From Utricularia gibba (Eukaryota > Plantae > Magnoliophyta), in contig NEEC01000007.1 of NCBI GenBank assembly GCA_002189035.1, forward strand, positions 1,922,001 through 1,986,000: 64,000 nucleotides of DNA, written 5' to 3'. The notes below the pieces were generated by a model that worked only from the letters and a program-made list of their open reading frames with translations, ran no database searches and was not told where the DNA came from. A program made the translations under genes and the position numbers. The stretch's first letter is position 1, and every line of letters begins with the position of its first letter. Shown here piece after piece: positions 14,730 to 26,430 of the stretch.

Positions 14730-16169
14730 ATGACCACCGCGATACCTTCAAAAATTCACAAGCTTTCCATCTTGAAGCCGCATCTGAAACCCGTCTCGCT
14801 GCCGGAGAACGCAGCGGCGATCGCCAACCTAGTCCTAATTGCAGAAACCTCCGATGCCCTGAAAAGTACCCTGCACTCCCAAAGCGAGTGGAACCCTAAT
14901 TTGGTCCATACCGTCTTCAAGCATCTCTGGAACCACGGCCCTAAGGCTCTCGAATTCTTCGACGAACTCGATGCTCATCCTTCCTACCGCCACTCCGCCA
15001 TCGCGTTCGACTACGCGATCGATATCGCCACCCGAATGCGCGACTACAGGCGTGCCTGGAAGCTTCTGCGGAGGATGAGGGCAAGGAAACTGGGACCTTC
15101 CCCCAAAACCTTCTCCATCATCATGGAGCGGTACGTGTCCGCTGGGAAAACTGATAAGGCTGTAAAGATCTTCATGTCAATGCACACCAATGGATGCCGC
15201 CAAGATCTGAGCTCCTTCAATTCAATGCTGGATGTGCTGTGCAAGTCGAAAAGGGCGGATATGGCTTACCGGTTGTTCAAGATTCTCAGAGGGAGGTTCA
15301 AGGGTGATGTCATCACCTACAATATCATAGCCGGTGGTTACTGCTTGAAGAAGCAAACTGCTCGAGCTCTGGATGTGCTCAAGGAGATGGCGGAGAGAGG
15401 ATTGAAGCCCACTCTAACGACATACAACATAATGCTCAAGGGGTACCTCAGGGCTGGGCAGACGAACGAAGCTTGGCAGTTCTTTCTGCAGATGAAGAAG
15501 AGGAAAGTGGAGATCGACGTGGTGACCTACACGACGCTGGTTCATGGATTTGGTGTCAGAGGCGAGGTGCAGCGAGCAAGGAAGGTGTTCGCCGAGATGA
15601 CCGGAGCCGGGGTTGTTCCATCGGTCGTCACCTACAACGCCATGATTCAAGTTCTCTGCAAGAAGGACTGCGTCCAGAATGCACTCACGATGTTCGACGA
15701 AATGCTAAGGAAAGGATACACGCCGAATGCCACGACTTACAATGTGCTCATCAGAGGGCTCTGCCATGCCAAGAACTTTGATGCAGCGGTTGAGCTGATG
15801 GGAAAGATGCAGGGGGACTGCAGGCCAACGTTTCAGACATTCAACATCATGATCAGGTACTACTGCGAGGAAGGGGAGATAGACAAGGCAATGGAAGTGT
15901 TCAAGACAATGAGCTGCGAGACCTGTTTGCCCTATCTGGATACCTACAACATTTTGATAGGTGCAATGTTCGTGAGGAAGAAGCCTGATGACTTACTGAT
16001 TGCCGGGAAGCTTTTGATGGAGATGGTCGGACGAGGATTCCTTCCACGGAAGTTTACTGTCAACAGAGTCCTGAATGGGCTGCTGCTCACTTGCAACCAC
16101 AAGTTTGCTCAAGAGATTCTGAGGGAGCTGAGTGAATCCCGCCGGCTTCCTTATCATGTCAGGCTGTGA
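14730..16169 (+). CDS. OTP43: P-class pentatricopeptide repeat protein, OTP43/At1g74900-like (mitochondrial intron splicing factor), intronless
   Basis: 479-aa ORF with LWNHGPKALEFF, GPSPKTFSII.ERY.SAGK.DKAV and tandem 35-aa PPRs, ending GFLPRKFT.NRVLNGLLLT.N..FA.EILR, which matches my recollection of At1g74900. Confidence 0.85.
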   Translation: MTTAIPSKIHKLSILKPHLKPVSLPENAAAIANLVLIAETSDALKSTLHSQSEWNPNLVHTVFKHLWNHGPKALEFFDELDAHPSYRHSAIAFDYAIDIATRMRDYRRAWKLLRRMRARKLGPSPKTFSIIMERYVSAGKTDKAVKIFMSMHTNGCRQDLSSFNSMLDVLCKSKRADMAYRLFKILRGRFKGDVITYNIIAGGYCLKKQTARALDVLKEMAERGLKPTLTTYNIMLKGYLRAGQTNEAWQFFLQMKKRKVEIDVVTYTTLVHGFGVRGEVQRARKVFAEMTGAGVVPSVVTYNAMIQVLCKKDCVQNALTMFDEMLRKGYTPNATTYNVLIRGLCHAKNFDAAVELMGKMQGDCRPTFQTFNIMIRYYCEEGEIDKAMEVFKTMSCETCLPYLDTYNILIGAMFVRKKPDDLLIAGKLLMEMVGRGFLPRKFTVNRVLNGLLLTCNHKFAQEILRELSESRRLPYHVRL

Positions 16170-16573
16170 ATGCCATCAAGTTCAAGCGTGTGTATGCTTT
16201 TGCGCCAGATGATGAGAAGGAACACATCTACTTTGGCAGCGGCACGAATCAGGAGTCATTATAGAACAGGAACATGGATATTGCTTCTTCTCCGGTCCTC
16301 AGCCTCAGGAATACAATGCAATGGCTACGACATTCGGAATCTGGACTGTAGTCTTGTGTATGCATTGTGCTTTTGGACAGTACATTGCAGCCACACGGCA
16401 CTAGGGATCAGTGACTTATTTGTCATCTAGATCTACGAAAATGCATATTAGGGTGATCAAAAAATGCATTCATCAGTCATTTACCTGTTTACTAAGAGTA
16501 GCATCAAGTCTTCCTTCATCTATATAAACAACAAAGGTAACAACTGATATGATGAAAACAGGTTGTTCACCTG

Positions 16574-19357
16574 TCAGCCCCGAGCAGCATTGCCATTGCG
16601 TTGGTTTCTGAAGTAGTTGATCAACTGCAAAGCCTGCAAATGGGGAAAAAATGGATCTTCAGATATGAACCCGTGAGGGAAGAGTGACTGGAGTGTTGTC
16701 GAATTGACCTTTTCTTTCGCTCGAGGAGTGCCCGTACGCAAAAGCGCCACCAGGGGTGGAACAGCACCTTCCTCGAGAACCTTTTGGCAGAGTCTACCGC
16801 TATGCGTACATAACTGCAGTAGTGCAGCAGCTGCATTCTCCTTCCCTCTTGCTGACCCCAACTCAACAACCTCCACGAGGGGAGGAATCCCTCGTTCCAG
16901 GCCGATTGTATTCTTTCCCTCATGAATTGTTGCGAGGTTCGACAATACACCGACTGCCTTGTCAACCATTCCAAATGCAGGATCCATCAACTCTACCAGG
17001 TGCCTCACTGCACCGGCCTTAACAATAGGAGCCTTGTTGTCATGATAAATTGACAGGTTAAACAAAGCAGTGGCAGCATCCTTCTTCCCCCTGGGAGTTC
17101 CATTTGCAAGCAAGTCAACCAAGGGTTCAATTGCCCCAGACTTCCCTATCTTGATCTTGTTTTCTTCAGTCACTGACAGGCTGAACAGGGTAGCAGCGGC
17201 ATTCTCCTTTGCTTCTGGACTACCCGTCTGAAGTACATAAATAAGTGGTTCGATTGCACCAGCATTTGCAATGGCAACCTTATTGTTATCGTTGATGGAC
17301 AAGTTGAGGAGAGCAGTCACAGCATTTTCCTGTGTTTCCATATCCGATGAACGAAGCAGGTCAACCAGCAAGGGTATAGCTTCACAATTTGCAATAATTA
17401 TGCGGTTATCCGTGCTATGCCTTGCTAGCAATCTGATTTCACCTGTAGCCTTTCTCTTGTCATCAACAGAATCTATTTTCAAGTCCTCAACCAACTTTTT
17501 GACTTGCTTTTCAATAGCCAGGATCTCAGGCCTCATTTCCACATTAGGACAGTTTACAACACTTGGGACAAATCTATCAGATGCCCTACTACGCCAAAAT
17601 GGTTGGCTACCCCATGAATCCCTAGATGGGAAATTAGATTGTCTTGTGGGAGCACTTTGATTGGCAGAAGGCTGAGCTTCATGAGATAGATCCCCAGAGG
17701 TATCACTTGGATAAGCATCATGATGAGAAGAGCCTTCATCAATAGGTTTTCCCTGGGACACCACTGAATGCGTGCTAGAACCTGAATTCATTCGGTTATG
17801 GCCATGATGCATCTGATCATCATCAGTCGCACTAATATTAGATGATGGCACTGCAAACAAATGATCAGAATTGATTGCTGCTTCTCCAGAATGCTCCAGC
17901 AGTTCTCCAGGGCCTCTCAAAGACGGAGTTCCTGTATTCAAAACATGTCCATGCACATCATCTTCAGCAGAAGAACTCAGAGGCACTAACCGTGGATATT
18001 GGGATGCACCTGATGGTGTAGCAAGCTTATCTGGAGACAACGATAGGTCAGTTGCACTGGAACTATTAGCCCTCCAAATCCCTGAGGACTCAAAACTCAT
18101 AGCCGGGGAAGAAGGTTGGTTGAAACTGGTTGATTTCGATGGGTCAGGCAGTTTCACATTGTTAGACTCGCACCAATTAGAAATGAGGGCCTTCACCGTG
18201 TAATTGGGAATAAGAGTAGTGTGCGCTAGAGCTTGCCGTGTCTTTGGGCAAACTGTAAGTCCAAGATCAATCCATCCCCGGATAAAGGTCTTTTCATAGG
18301 TTTGGCCGGAGGCAACAATTACAGGGTCTGTCATGAGTTCAAGTGAAAGAGGACAACAAAAATCAGCAGGGATAGAAACATGGCTATAGGTTTCAGATTG
18401 TTTCTTCATGACAAGGAGGTCATGCATGTGCGTAACAAGACCAATCATTTGATCAATAAAATCCACTTCATCATTTTTCTCGGCCAATTCAGCATTTTCT
18501 TTAAGTTTCTCAAGAGCCACTGCTTCAATCAAAAGTTCCTGGTTAGATTTCAAGCCTAATGTATCAGCTATATTCCCCAAGCTCTCTGAGCTAGCTCCAG
18601 AGTTCTCCATGTGGCTTTTAATAGCTTCCATGATGTGTGATGATATGTTGGATCCAGTATGCTTAATTTTCTTTACACAGTGCTGCATACAGGAAGAACA
18701 ATAAAGCATTTTAAAGAAAAAACAAAGCAGAAATATCATTAAAGAACTATCTCAATGTCCCACAGTAAAAATGATCATCCATTCATCACCTCGAGTGAAG
18801 TGGAGCTTAGTTCCTCCGGTAGAGAGTGATCATAGGATTGAAGTAGTTCAAGAATTTGAAAAACATGACAGCGAACCTTTTCCATCAGTAACTCAACTTC
18901 TATAACCTACAAAGTGACATATCATTAACATGATATCACATGAAAGATAAAAATGTTCTGCGTAGAAGTTCCCATATTCAACCATCAACCTCCTTGCTGG
19001 TTTTCGCTTTTTTATTTTGAAATCACAGCAAAAAAATTATACTATCAGTCAAATATTTCATGTCCGAAGAGTAACAGAACTCACAAAGTGAAATTTACTC
19101 ATCAGAGGTTGGAAGTCCATGATTATATCTTGCACATCATCAATGCAGTGATACAGTCCAACAAACTCTGTTTGAAGGATCTCATTGGAAGAGATCTCAT
19201 CATCAACAATGGCCTCAAGGATTGGTTTCAGCAACTTAAGTATCTCCTCGAAATTGAAATAGAACTTCAGAGCTAGATCACATATGCTTTCACGAGATGA
19301 TAAATGGAACAGACGATTGATTCTGTTCAAAAGTAACTTTGTCGAAGATGTCTCCAT
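16574..19357 (-). CDS. PUB4: U-box/ARM-repeat E3 ligase (PUB4/PUB2-type), 4 coding exons
   Basis: METSSTKLL (UND region), U-box IPADFCCPLSLELMTDPVIVASGQTYE...LIPNYTVKALISNWC, ARM repeats (QENAVTALLNLS, AKENAAATLFSLS, GKKDAATALFNLS). The last intron is 16708-16634. Confidence 0.9.
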
Positions 19358-20535
19358 CACCTAAAAGATTCAAAGTATTCAAAATGAAGCAAGAAAGTAA
19401 AGCATACAAATAACCTCAACAAATGAAACATCAGTGCTAGGACTCCAACTTCACTTTGATTAACATCTAGAATAGCTCTATAAATCCATTCAATTAGCTC
19501 AAAAAAAAGTCTTTCATGCAACTGGAAGTTAAACACAACACCAACTTCTTGCAATATAATTCACCCAGAGGAATCAAAATATACATTGAAAAGTTAACCT
19601 CATAAGTTCTACTGAAAAATTGCTCCCTACAAAAGTTGGGATCATCCTTGGCAGCATATACACCACCAACTCAAACATATATTTGACTTCTCATAAAGAA
19701 AAACTCACAAATTAGACAACACGAAAATAGATGAGCTAATACGGCTTCAGATTCAATAGACTCCGTGCGGAATAGACACCAGGAAGCTCTTCTTCAACTC
19801 CGGGTCTTCGGCGAGTGACCACAGACTTTTCTTCCTCTCCAGAGCGAAGACCGGTTCCAGAGAAGCGCGTGCTACAGAAAGCTGAGCTCTCCCTCTCTCC
19901 CTCCCTCGTCACTCAGGAATATCATCGGCGTTTCATTACAACCCAAGAAATTCGCATTGGGCTTGATGAACTGGGCCGGATAATTAATGAATAATGGGCC
20001 CACTTCCATTTTTGGTAAAAAAATTAAAAAAAAAAAGTTTTGCACACCATGAGGAAAGGCTTCTCAACTTCGTCAAGCGGTTTAGAACAATAAAACAAAG
20101 AAGCTCGGCTCTATCCATCCAGAACAAGCATCATGAGGAGAAGACTCGCCGGGTTGAGATGGACTTGCAACACAAAAGTTCCCCATTGTAAGAGCTCAAC
20201 TACGCTACCTTGCTTGTTAAGAACTTACAGGGGAGCTACTTGGCCATGGAAGAAGGCAGCCCTCCCCACTGTAACTGCACACATCATCATTTTCTCCCAC
20301 TACATGTGCACAACGAAGTTCAGCCCAGTTTATCAAAGCCTTCTTTCTATACAGCAAGGTGGATGGATCCATAATCAAACTGAAGAACTCATTGGAAAAA
20401 AAAAAGGGTATCTTTCAAACTAAAACGAGCAGGCTGTGGATCAAGGGACCTCTCTACTGACTATGCCCAGATTAAAGGACAAGAACAAAGACATTATTCA
20501 GACTGGAGAGAAGAAAAGTTGTTACCCGATGGAAT

Positions 20536-21674
20536 CTACTTCTCATTGCTGCTTCTCGGGGTGTCCCTAGGAGACAGCAAATATGGAGAACCATTCCTAG
20601 GGAGCTTACCTAAGGTTGGCCTTTGCAAACCTTCTTCAGATTTACCGAAGAGCTGCTTCCTCAACAGATCATGTAAACGGCCAAAAACCTCCTTCTTCAA
20701 TGATTCAAAGGCCAAGTCCAACCTCTCTAGCTGTTCCATTGCATTCTTGTTATAAATGAAGAGTCCATAGTAGAGATCAAAACTGTCACTGGATGTGTTA
20801 TCTACCAAATTCAACAGGGTCTCATAACCCTTGGTGTTAATAGGAGTACTCTCCAAGAGCAACTTTTCAAGAATCCTCCCAATAGTGTGGGTAATAAACT
20901 GAGATTCTGCAGCATAGCTATCATGCTCCGCGCAAGTCATCTCCACCATACAACACCCTTCTTTCCTGAAAATTTCCAGGAAGGTCTCCACCCTTGCAAT
21001 TCTAGAATCCTCATCTCCTATTCTCACTTTCTCATACACAAAATTTAGGCCCTGCCAACTGTGTTTCCCACTCTCAGGGCCAAACATAGGATGAGTGCAG
21101 AGAATATCAAAGTGCCCAGGGAGCTTTAAAAGCAAGTTTTTAGGAAACTCCTTCACTGAGAGAACATCAACAAACAGAGTGTTTCGACGCAGGCGCTGTA
21201 GAGGTATGCTATTTATAACCGCTTCAGTTGAAATAATCGAAGTGCTCAGCAAAACCACATCAGGATGATGCTCACACAAGTCAACGAGATCAGGGAAGAA
21301 CGTAGCCCCCAAAGATTTCGCTACAGCGTCGTAATCAGATCGCGAATGTGCGTAGACCGTATGCCATGGCGAATAAACGCCTTAGCAAGAAATTGACCGA
21401 AATTACCAAATCCAATAACGGCAATTTTGAGCTTACTCGACTGATTAAACTGATAAAGGAGACGAGCCTCGTAATCGTAGGGCTGTGCGGCGTCCAGCGC
21501 CTTAACACAAAAGCCATTAGGCCGCGGCGGCGAGCGTTTGGACCTCGACCGGCGTGAGCGTCGGTGAGGTAAGATAGACCCACTGGAATCGGCCGCTGCG
21601 GCGGCGATTGGCTGACGGACAACTCTTGGTACAACGGAAGAAGAAAATGGGAGTATCGCCGATCCAAGATTCAT
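20536..21674 (-). CDS. TYRA: Plastid arogenate dehydrogenase (single-domain TyrA/ADH), intronless, with one -1 frameshift at ~21362
   Basis: Transit peptide, then ALDAAQPYDYE and the Rossmann motif KIAVIGFGNFGQFLAK. The sequence reads GGC AT ACG GTC where GGC CAT (G-H-T-V) restores the frame into HSRSDY...THPMFGPESGK...EHD..AA.SQFITH. Confidence 0.9.
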
Positions 21675-22734
21675 TGGTTGGAGAGGCGGCGAAATAAGGT
21701 TTTCAAAACTAACATAAAGCGAATGGTTCCCCGATTTAGCAAACACCCGACAAGTACAACAGACGCATATCGTATAATATGAATTAAAATAATGCAGTAA
21801 TAATTTTGACAATCTCCTTCGATGTCTCCGATGATGGATTATTTCATTATTTAAAATCTGAAAATACATTATATGAATTAATATTTTTATAAATGGTGGA
21901 GTTTGCTAACGTCATTCAAAGTTATATTTAAATTTCAAATTTACATTATAAGTCTATTAATTTATTTTTTTGTAAATAATTTGATCTCAAATTTATAAAA
22001 TTATATATTTAATTTTTTATATTATCAAAAATAACTATTTTTTATACTAACATTATTATATTAAGATATCATTTTAAGGGAGATATCATTTGATTTACTG
22101 AATTCTAGACATGAATATAAAAGGTTATCATATGAAATTTTGTTAGGTTTTAAATCAGAACCGGTTCACAATAAAATTTTGAAAACTATTTGGATTTTAG
22201 TTGCATGATTTTGACAAATTTATATATTTTTATTATAATTTTCTTTTTTTCAAATAAAAAGTAAGGTTGAAACTGGTATTGGGCCATGAACAATCTCCTA
22301 ATCCAATTACAAGGTGGCCCAACATCAGCCCACGTGCACAATCAAAAGTACTGTATGAAATACCTGTCGTGGGCCCAATGGGTTTCATTTTAATATTTCA
22401 GAATTATTTTTTTTATGTAAATTCACACTGTCATTATCGTACTTTTATTTTTAAATTAATGTGAAATTGTATTCTTTTGTGTTGGCGGCTGGAAATAAAG
22501 TTTAAAGAAGGGTTAATATTATTCTGGCTTTTTAAAGAAAGGTTGCTTTTTTTTAATTATTCTGAATATTATTTTAATTATTTAGTTATTAAGAAAAAAG
22601 GAAGATAATGGCGGTCTAAGTTTTCCTCCGAATTTTCCGAACCCCCAACCTCCATTTTTCTCTCAACTCGGGTGGAAGTTTTGATTTGCGCTGCACTTTT
22701 TTTTTTTTTTTTTTGGTGTGTGACTGGTGCTTCC

Positions 22735-24714
22735 ATGGGCCAATTCGACGACGGAGATAAGGAGTTTTCGGGGAACGATTCCATCAACAGTTTGCTCAAT
22801 CTCAACCAGTTCTCGTCGCCGGGGCAGGACTTCGATGCGGCAGCGGCCTCCCAAAATGATTTTCTCGACCAAATGTTTTCATCCCTCCCGCCCTCTACCA
22901 CCTTCCCCTGGGTCGACAGCTACCAGCCTCCGGTGCCTAATTTGGAGAACCAGCAACCGCCGCTGAGTCCCCTGGAGGCGAAAGCTCTGTTGCTTCAGCA
23001 GCAGTTTCAGCTGGGAGCCGGTAGTGCACCGATGTGCCATGCTGATCAGAACGACGTCGTTGATGGTGTGGTATCTTTTCCTTATCCTAATCTGGTTAGG
23101 CGGTTTCCCTTCTTCCCCTTTGAGCGAATTTGTGTGGTCGTATTATTGGATTGTTGATTAATCGTTGTTTGTATGTGTTGTTTACAGACGAATGATGTCT
23201 CTGTGAAAGGTGTATTCAATGGGTTTGAAGGATCTTTGCCCCAAAACACGATTCAGTCTCATCATTTCAGCCATCATCAGGTGCTCCCTCGTGAAGAAAA
23301 AAAAAAACCCAAATTCGTTGTCTCGATTCCCAGTGATTCTAAACGTTTTATTGCGCAGCCACAGAATTATGGAACCCCAGCCTCTTCTATGCCCGTCAGC
23401 CAGCCGGGTGCAATCGGTTCCAGCAGCGGGGCAACGGCGGCGCAGCCCCGGCAGAGGGTGAGGGCAAGAAGAGGACAAGCTACCGACCCACACAGCATCG
23501 CTGAAAGAGTTAGTACTGCTGCTTGAACGTTTCCTTTGTCTTGTTTCATCGCATCCTTCACCTGTCCCCAACTTTGACTTCTCCGACTTTGTTTTCTTCT
23601 GATGCTGAAATGGGAGCAGTTGAGGCGGGAGAGGATTGCGGAGAGAATGAAGGCATTGCAGGAGCTTGTACCTAACGCGAACAAGGTCCCACCTTTGAAC
23701 TCACTAGCTTTCCAAAACATGTTATTAGTTACAACTCTGTTACATGCAACTATATAGCCACACACTACACTCCTATAGTGGATCACATTTGCGCTAGACA
23801 TATCGGTTCCGTTTATCTATGCCCATTCCTGGTGCTCTTTCTAGTTCTTTCGAGTTCCATCATGAGCTCTAAGTGGCGAGAATTCATTTTCTTAATCGTT
23901 CTCTCTCCATTTTCTGGTAATAGAGATACACATAGACTACCAAGGACCGTAAATTGATTGATATATGTATGAGTCTCGAAGAGACATTTTTCTTGTGCAA
24001 TAACTTTGTAAATTTGATTCTGATGATAAATCTGGTTGGTTTTTTTTCACAAATAAGATGGATAAGGCATCAATGCTCGATGAAATCATCGACTACGTGA
24101 AGTTCCTCCAGCTGCAAGTCAAAGTACTTACTCCCTCTCCCTCTCCTCCAGCATCTATCTATGTAATGTATGTTTGTGGGGTTGAAAAATTGCTGTTTGG
24201 GTGTGAAGTAACGAGTGGGATTTGATTGAAGGATTGAGGAAAAGGTCTCTTCTTTATTCGTTCTGCAGGTAGATGTTTTTGTTATTGATGCTTTGGGTTT
24301 TGGTGTTAGGTTCTAAGTGTGAGCAGATTAGGAGGTGGTGCTGCGGCTGCTGTAGCTCCATCCGCAGCTGATTTCTCTCATGAGGTATCCTTTCCTCATC
24401 TTCATCTCACTCTCTGGATGGCACCCTTTTGAGTGGAATGATCTCAGGGAAGAGGAGACAATGGCGGCAGTCAAGCAACTTCAGCGCAGCATAACGAGGG
24501 GGTGACTGCGACGGAGCAGCAGGTGGCGAAGCTGATGGAGGAGGACATGGGCGCCGCGATGCAGTACCTGCAAGGCAAAGGCCTCTGCCTCATGCCCATC
24601 TCCCTCGCCACCGTCATCTCCTCGTCTCAACGGAGTTCGCTCTTCAATGGCAGAGCTGCCCACTCTTCATCGACAGTCGGAGAGGTATCCACCGTAGAGG
24701 ATCCAGCCGACTGA
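22735..24714 (+). CDS. bHLH transcription factor, subgroup XI (LRL1/bHLH66-69-82 type)
   Basis: Spliced [64 protein letters not shown] and the C-terminal LRL domain [33 protein letters not shown]. Confidence 0.9.
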
Positions 24715-25130
24715 TCGGCACGGCGCGGTGGCTGCTAGCCTTCTCTTTTTCAACCTATTGTTTGCTTTGAAGTAGCTGTATGACTCAATATTTTTTCCTC
24801 GAGAAAGCATGGTACATAGCTGTTAATACCATAGCTGTATGTTTGCTTATGAAAGAGTGATGCGCGTTTCATGCAGAAGGGATCAGGTTCATGTCGTCGA
24901 CGGAGGTCCTGTTCTCCGACGGCGTTCTTCCGATCCCGATCTCGTAATCTCCGTCTCACTTCTGATCTTTCAGAAATTCTTAGAGGGTAGAACGAAGAAG
25001 CTTCTGAAAGGCTCCTCTCGGATGTGCCCCACAATAAAAGGCAAAAATTATAAAATTTGTAATTCATACCATCAATCTTATCTAACGCCGACGGCAAGCA
25101 ACACCGCTACCAGAAAAAACTGTAAGAGGA

Positions 25131-26258
25131 ATGGCGGTTCTCTCGCTCGCGAACGCCAAGCTGCTTCTCCCTTCTCCTGCCTCCCCGAATTGTTCTTCCT
25201 CTTCGAGTGCTTCCGGAGCCCCAACTCAGATTGCAGCGTGGAAGCCGACAAATCTCTCATCCGCTAGTACGGCGTTTGTAGGCCGGCGAAGCATTTTCTT
25301 GGGTCTAACGGCGTTGGTTTTGGGGAAGGAATTGCGCATCGACGCCGCGAACGCGGCGGTTCTTGAGGCGGAGGATGATCAAGATCTGTTGGATAAGGTT
25401 ATGAAGGACAGGAAGAAGAGGCTCGAAAGGCAAGGGATTCTCAGATCGTCAGCTCAAGAAACTGGTTAGTGACGAGTCTTCAATTACCATTTCCACATTG
25501 CGACTGAATACATTTTAGAACAAAAGCACATCCCAAGCTCATCGCCCCTAAGTTTTGCTGCTGCGATACCAAAAGCACAGCGTCGCTATCCACGAGAATA
25601 TAATTTTGCGGGTAGGAGAACCGTAGATTAGTGAAGAAGAACAAGGAGGCGCCATATGATCTCACTGTGCTCGTGCTTTTTCCAGTCCCTAAATTATCAT
25701 AATGATCGAGTGGTGATGATTTTTCAATACCTTAGGATACCTGCAAGATCTGGTTTACAGGCTCAGCAAAATCGGCCAAGCAATAGAGAACAACGATCTC
25801 GGTGCTGCAAGTTCGGTTCTTGGTTCAAGCAAGGACACGGAATGGCTCAAGAATGTGAATTCAGCACTCGGCAAGGTACCTCCTCTTCCGGTTTTTTTTC
25901 CCGCACACATGAATGAGAACGAATGCTACCTCTGCGTATTCGATCCGTTCCGTTACCGATGTTGCATCACTCTGAAGGTTCTCTGTTTTCGCTTGTTTTG
26001 CAGTTCACTTCCAGTGACGAACAGAAGACAGAAGTGGACGCCTTCAATTCCTCAGTCGCTGGCTTGATGTCATCAGGTAGTTTTCCTTAGTGATCAAACA
26101 AGGTTCAGTAGCGAGAGAATGAATGAGCTAACATGATGAATCTGGCAGTTTCTGTAAACGACATTGAAGCCTCAAAGATAGCTTTCGTGGCGTCCGCTAC
26201 TGCCTTCGAGAAATGGACTGCGCTCGCCGGTCTGGTGGATCAGCTCAAGGGCCTTTAA
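25131..26258 (+). CDS. MPH2: Thylakoid lumenal 16.5 kDa protein (MPH2/At4g02530-like), 4 exons
   Basis: Bipartite transit peptide (GRRSIFLG...AANA), then AVLEAEDDQDLLDKV..DRKKRLERQ, GYLQDLVYRLSKIGQAIENNDL, AFEKWT.L.GL..QLKGL*. Confidence 0.88.
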
Positions 26259-26430
26259 AAGTGTAAACCCAACGACGTAATTATTTCATCCCCTTTCCTG
26301 CATTCGTGTGTTGGATTCGAATTCCATGAACTGTGTGATGCGCTTCAAACACATCAAAGTACTGTAAACACAGATTAGGAGACAACCAACAACACACCAT
26401 CACTGAGTTCTTCTGCATGGGCACTGATAA

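Noticed and set aside
16634-16708. In-frame stop-free 75-nt last intron of PUB4 (read through by the ORF track)
   Set aside because: It has a canonical GT-AG with a pyrimidine tract, and short 3n introns without stops are common by chance. The spliced form gives the expected AKEKALQL junction.
14705-18203. Numerous antisense and alternate-frame ORFs over the PPR and PUB4 coding exons
   Set aside because: These are shadow ORFs of real coding sequence with no independent start, splice or family evidence.
20900-20945. Feedback-insensitive (deregulated) TyrA variant
   Set aside because: The EHD motif (CAEHDSYAA) keeps the Asp that, as I recall, marks canonical tyrosine-sensitive ADHs.
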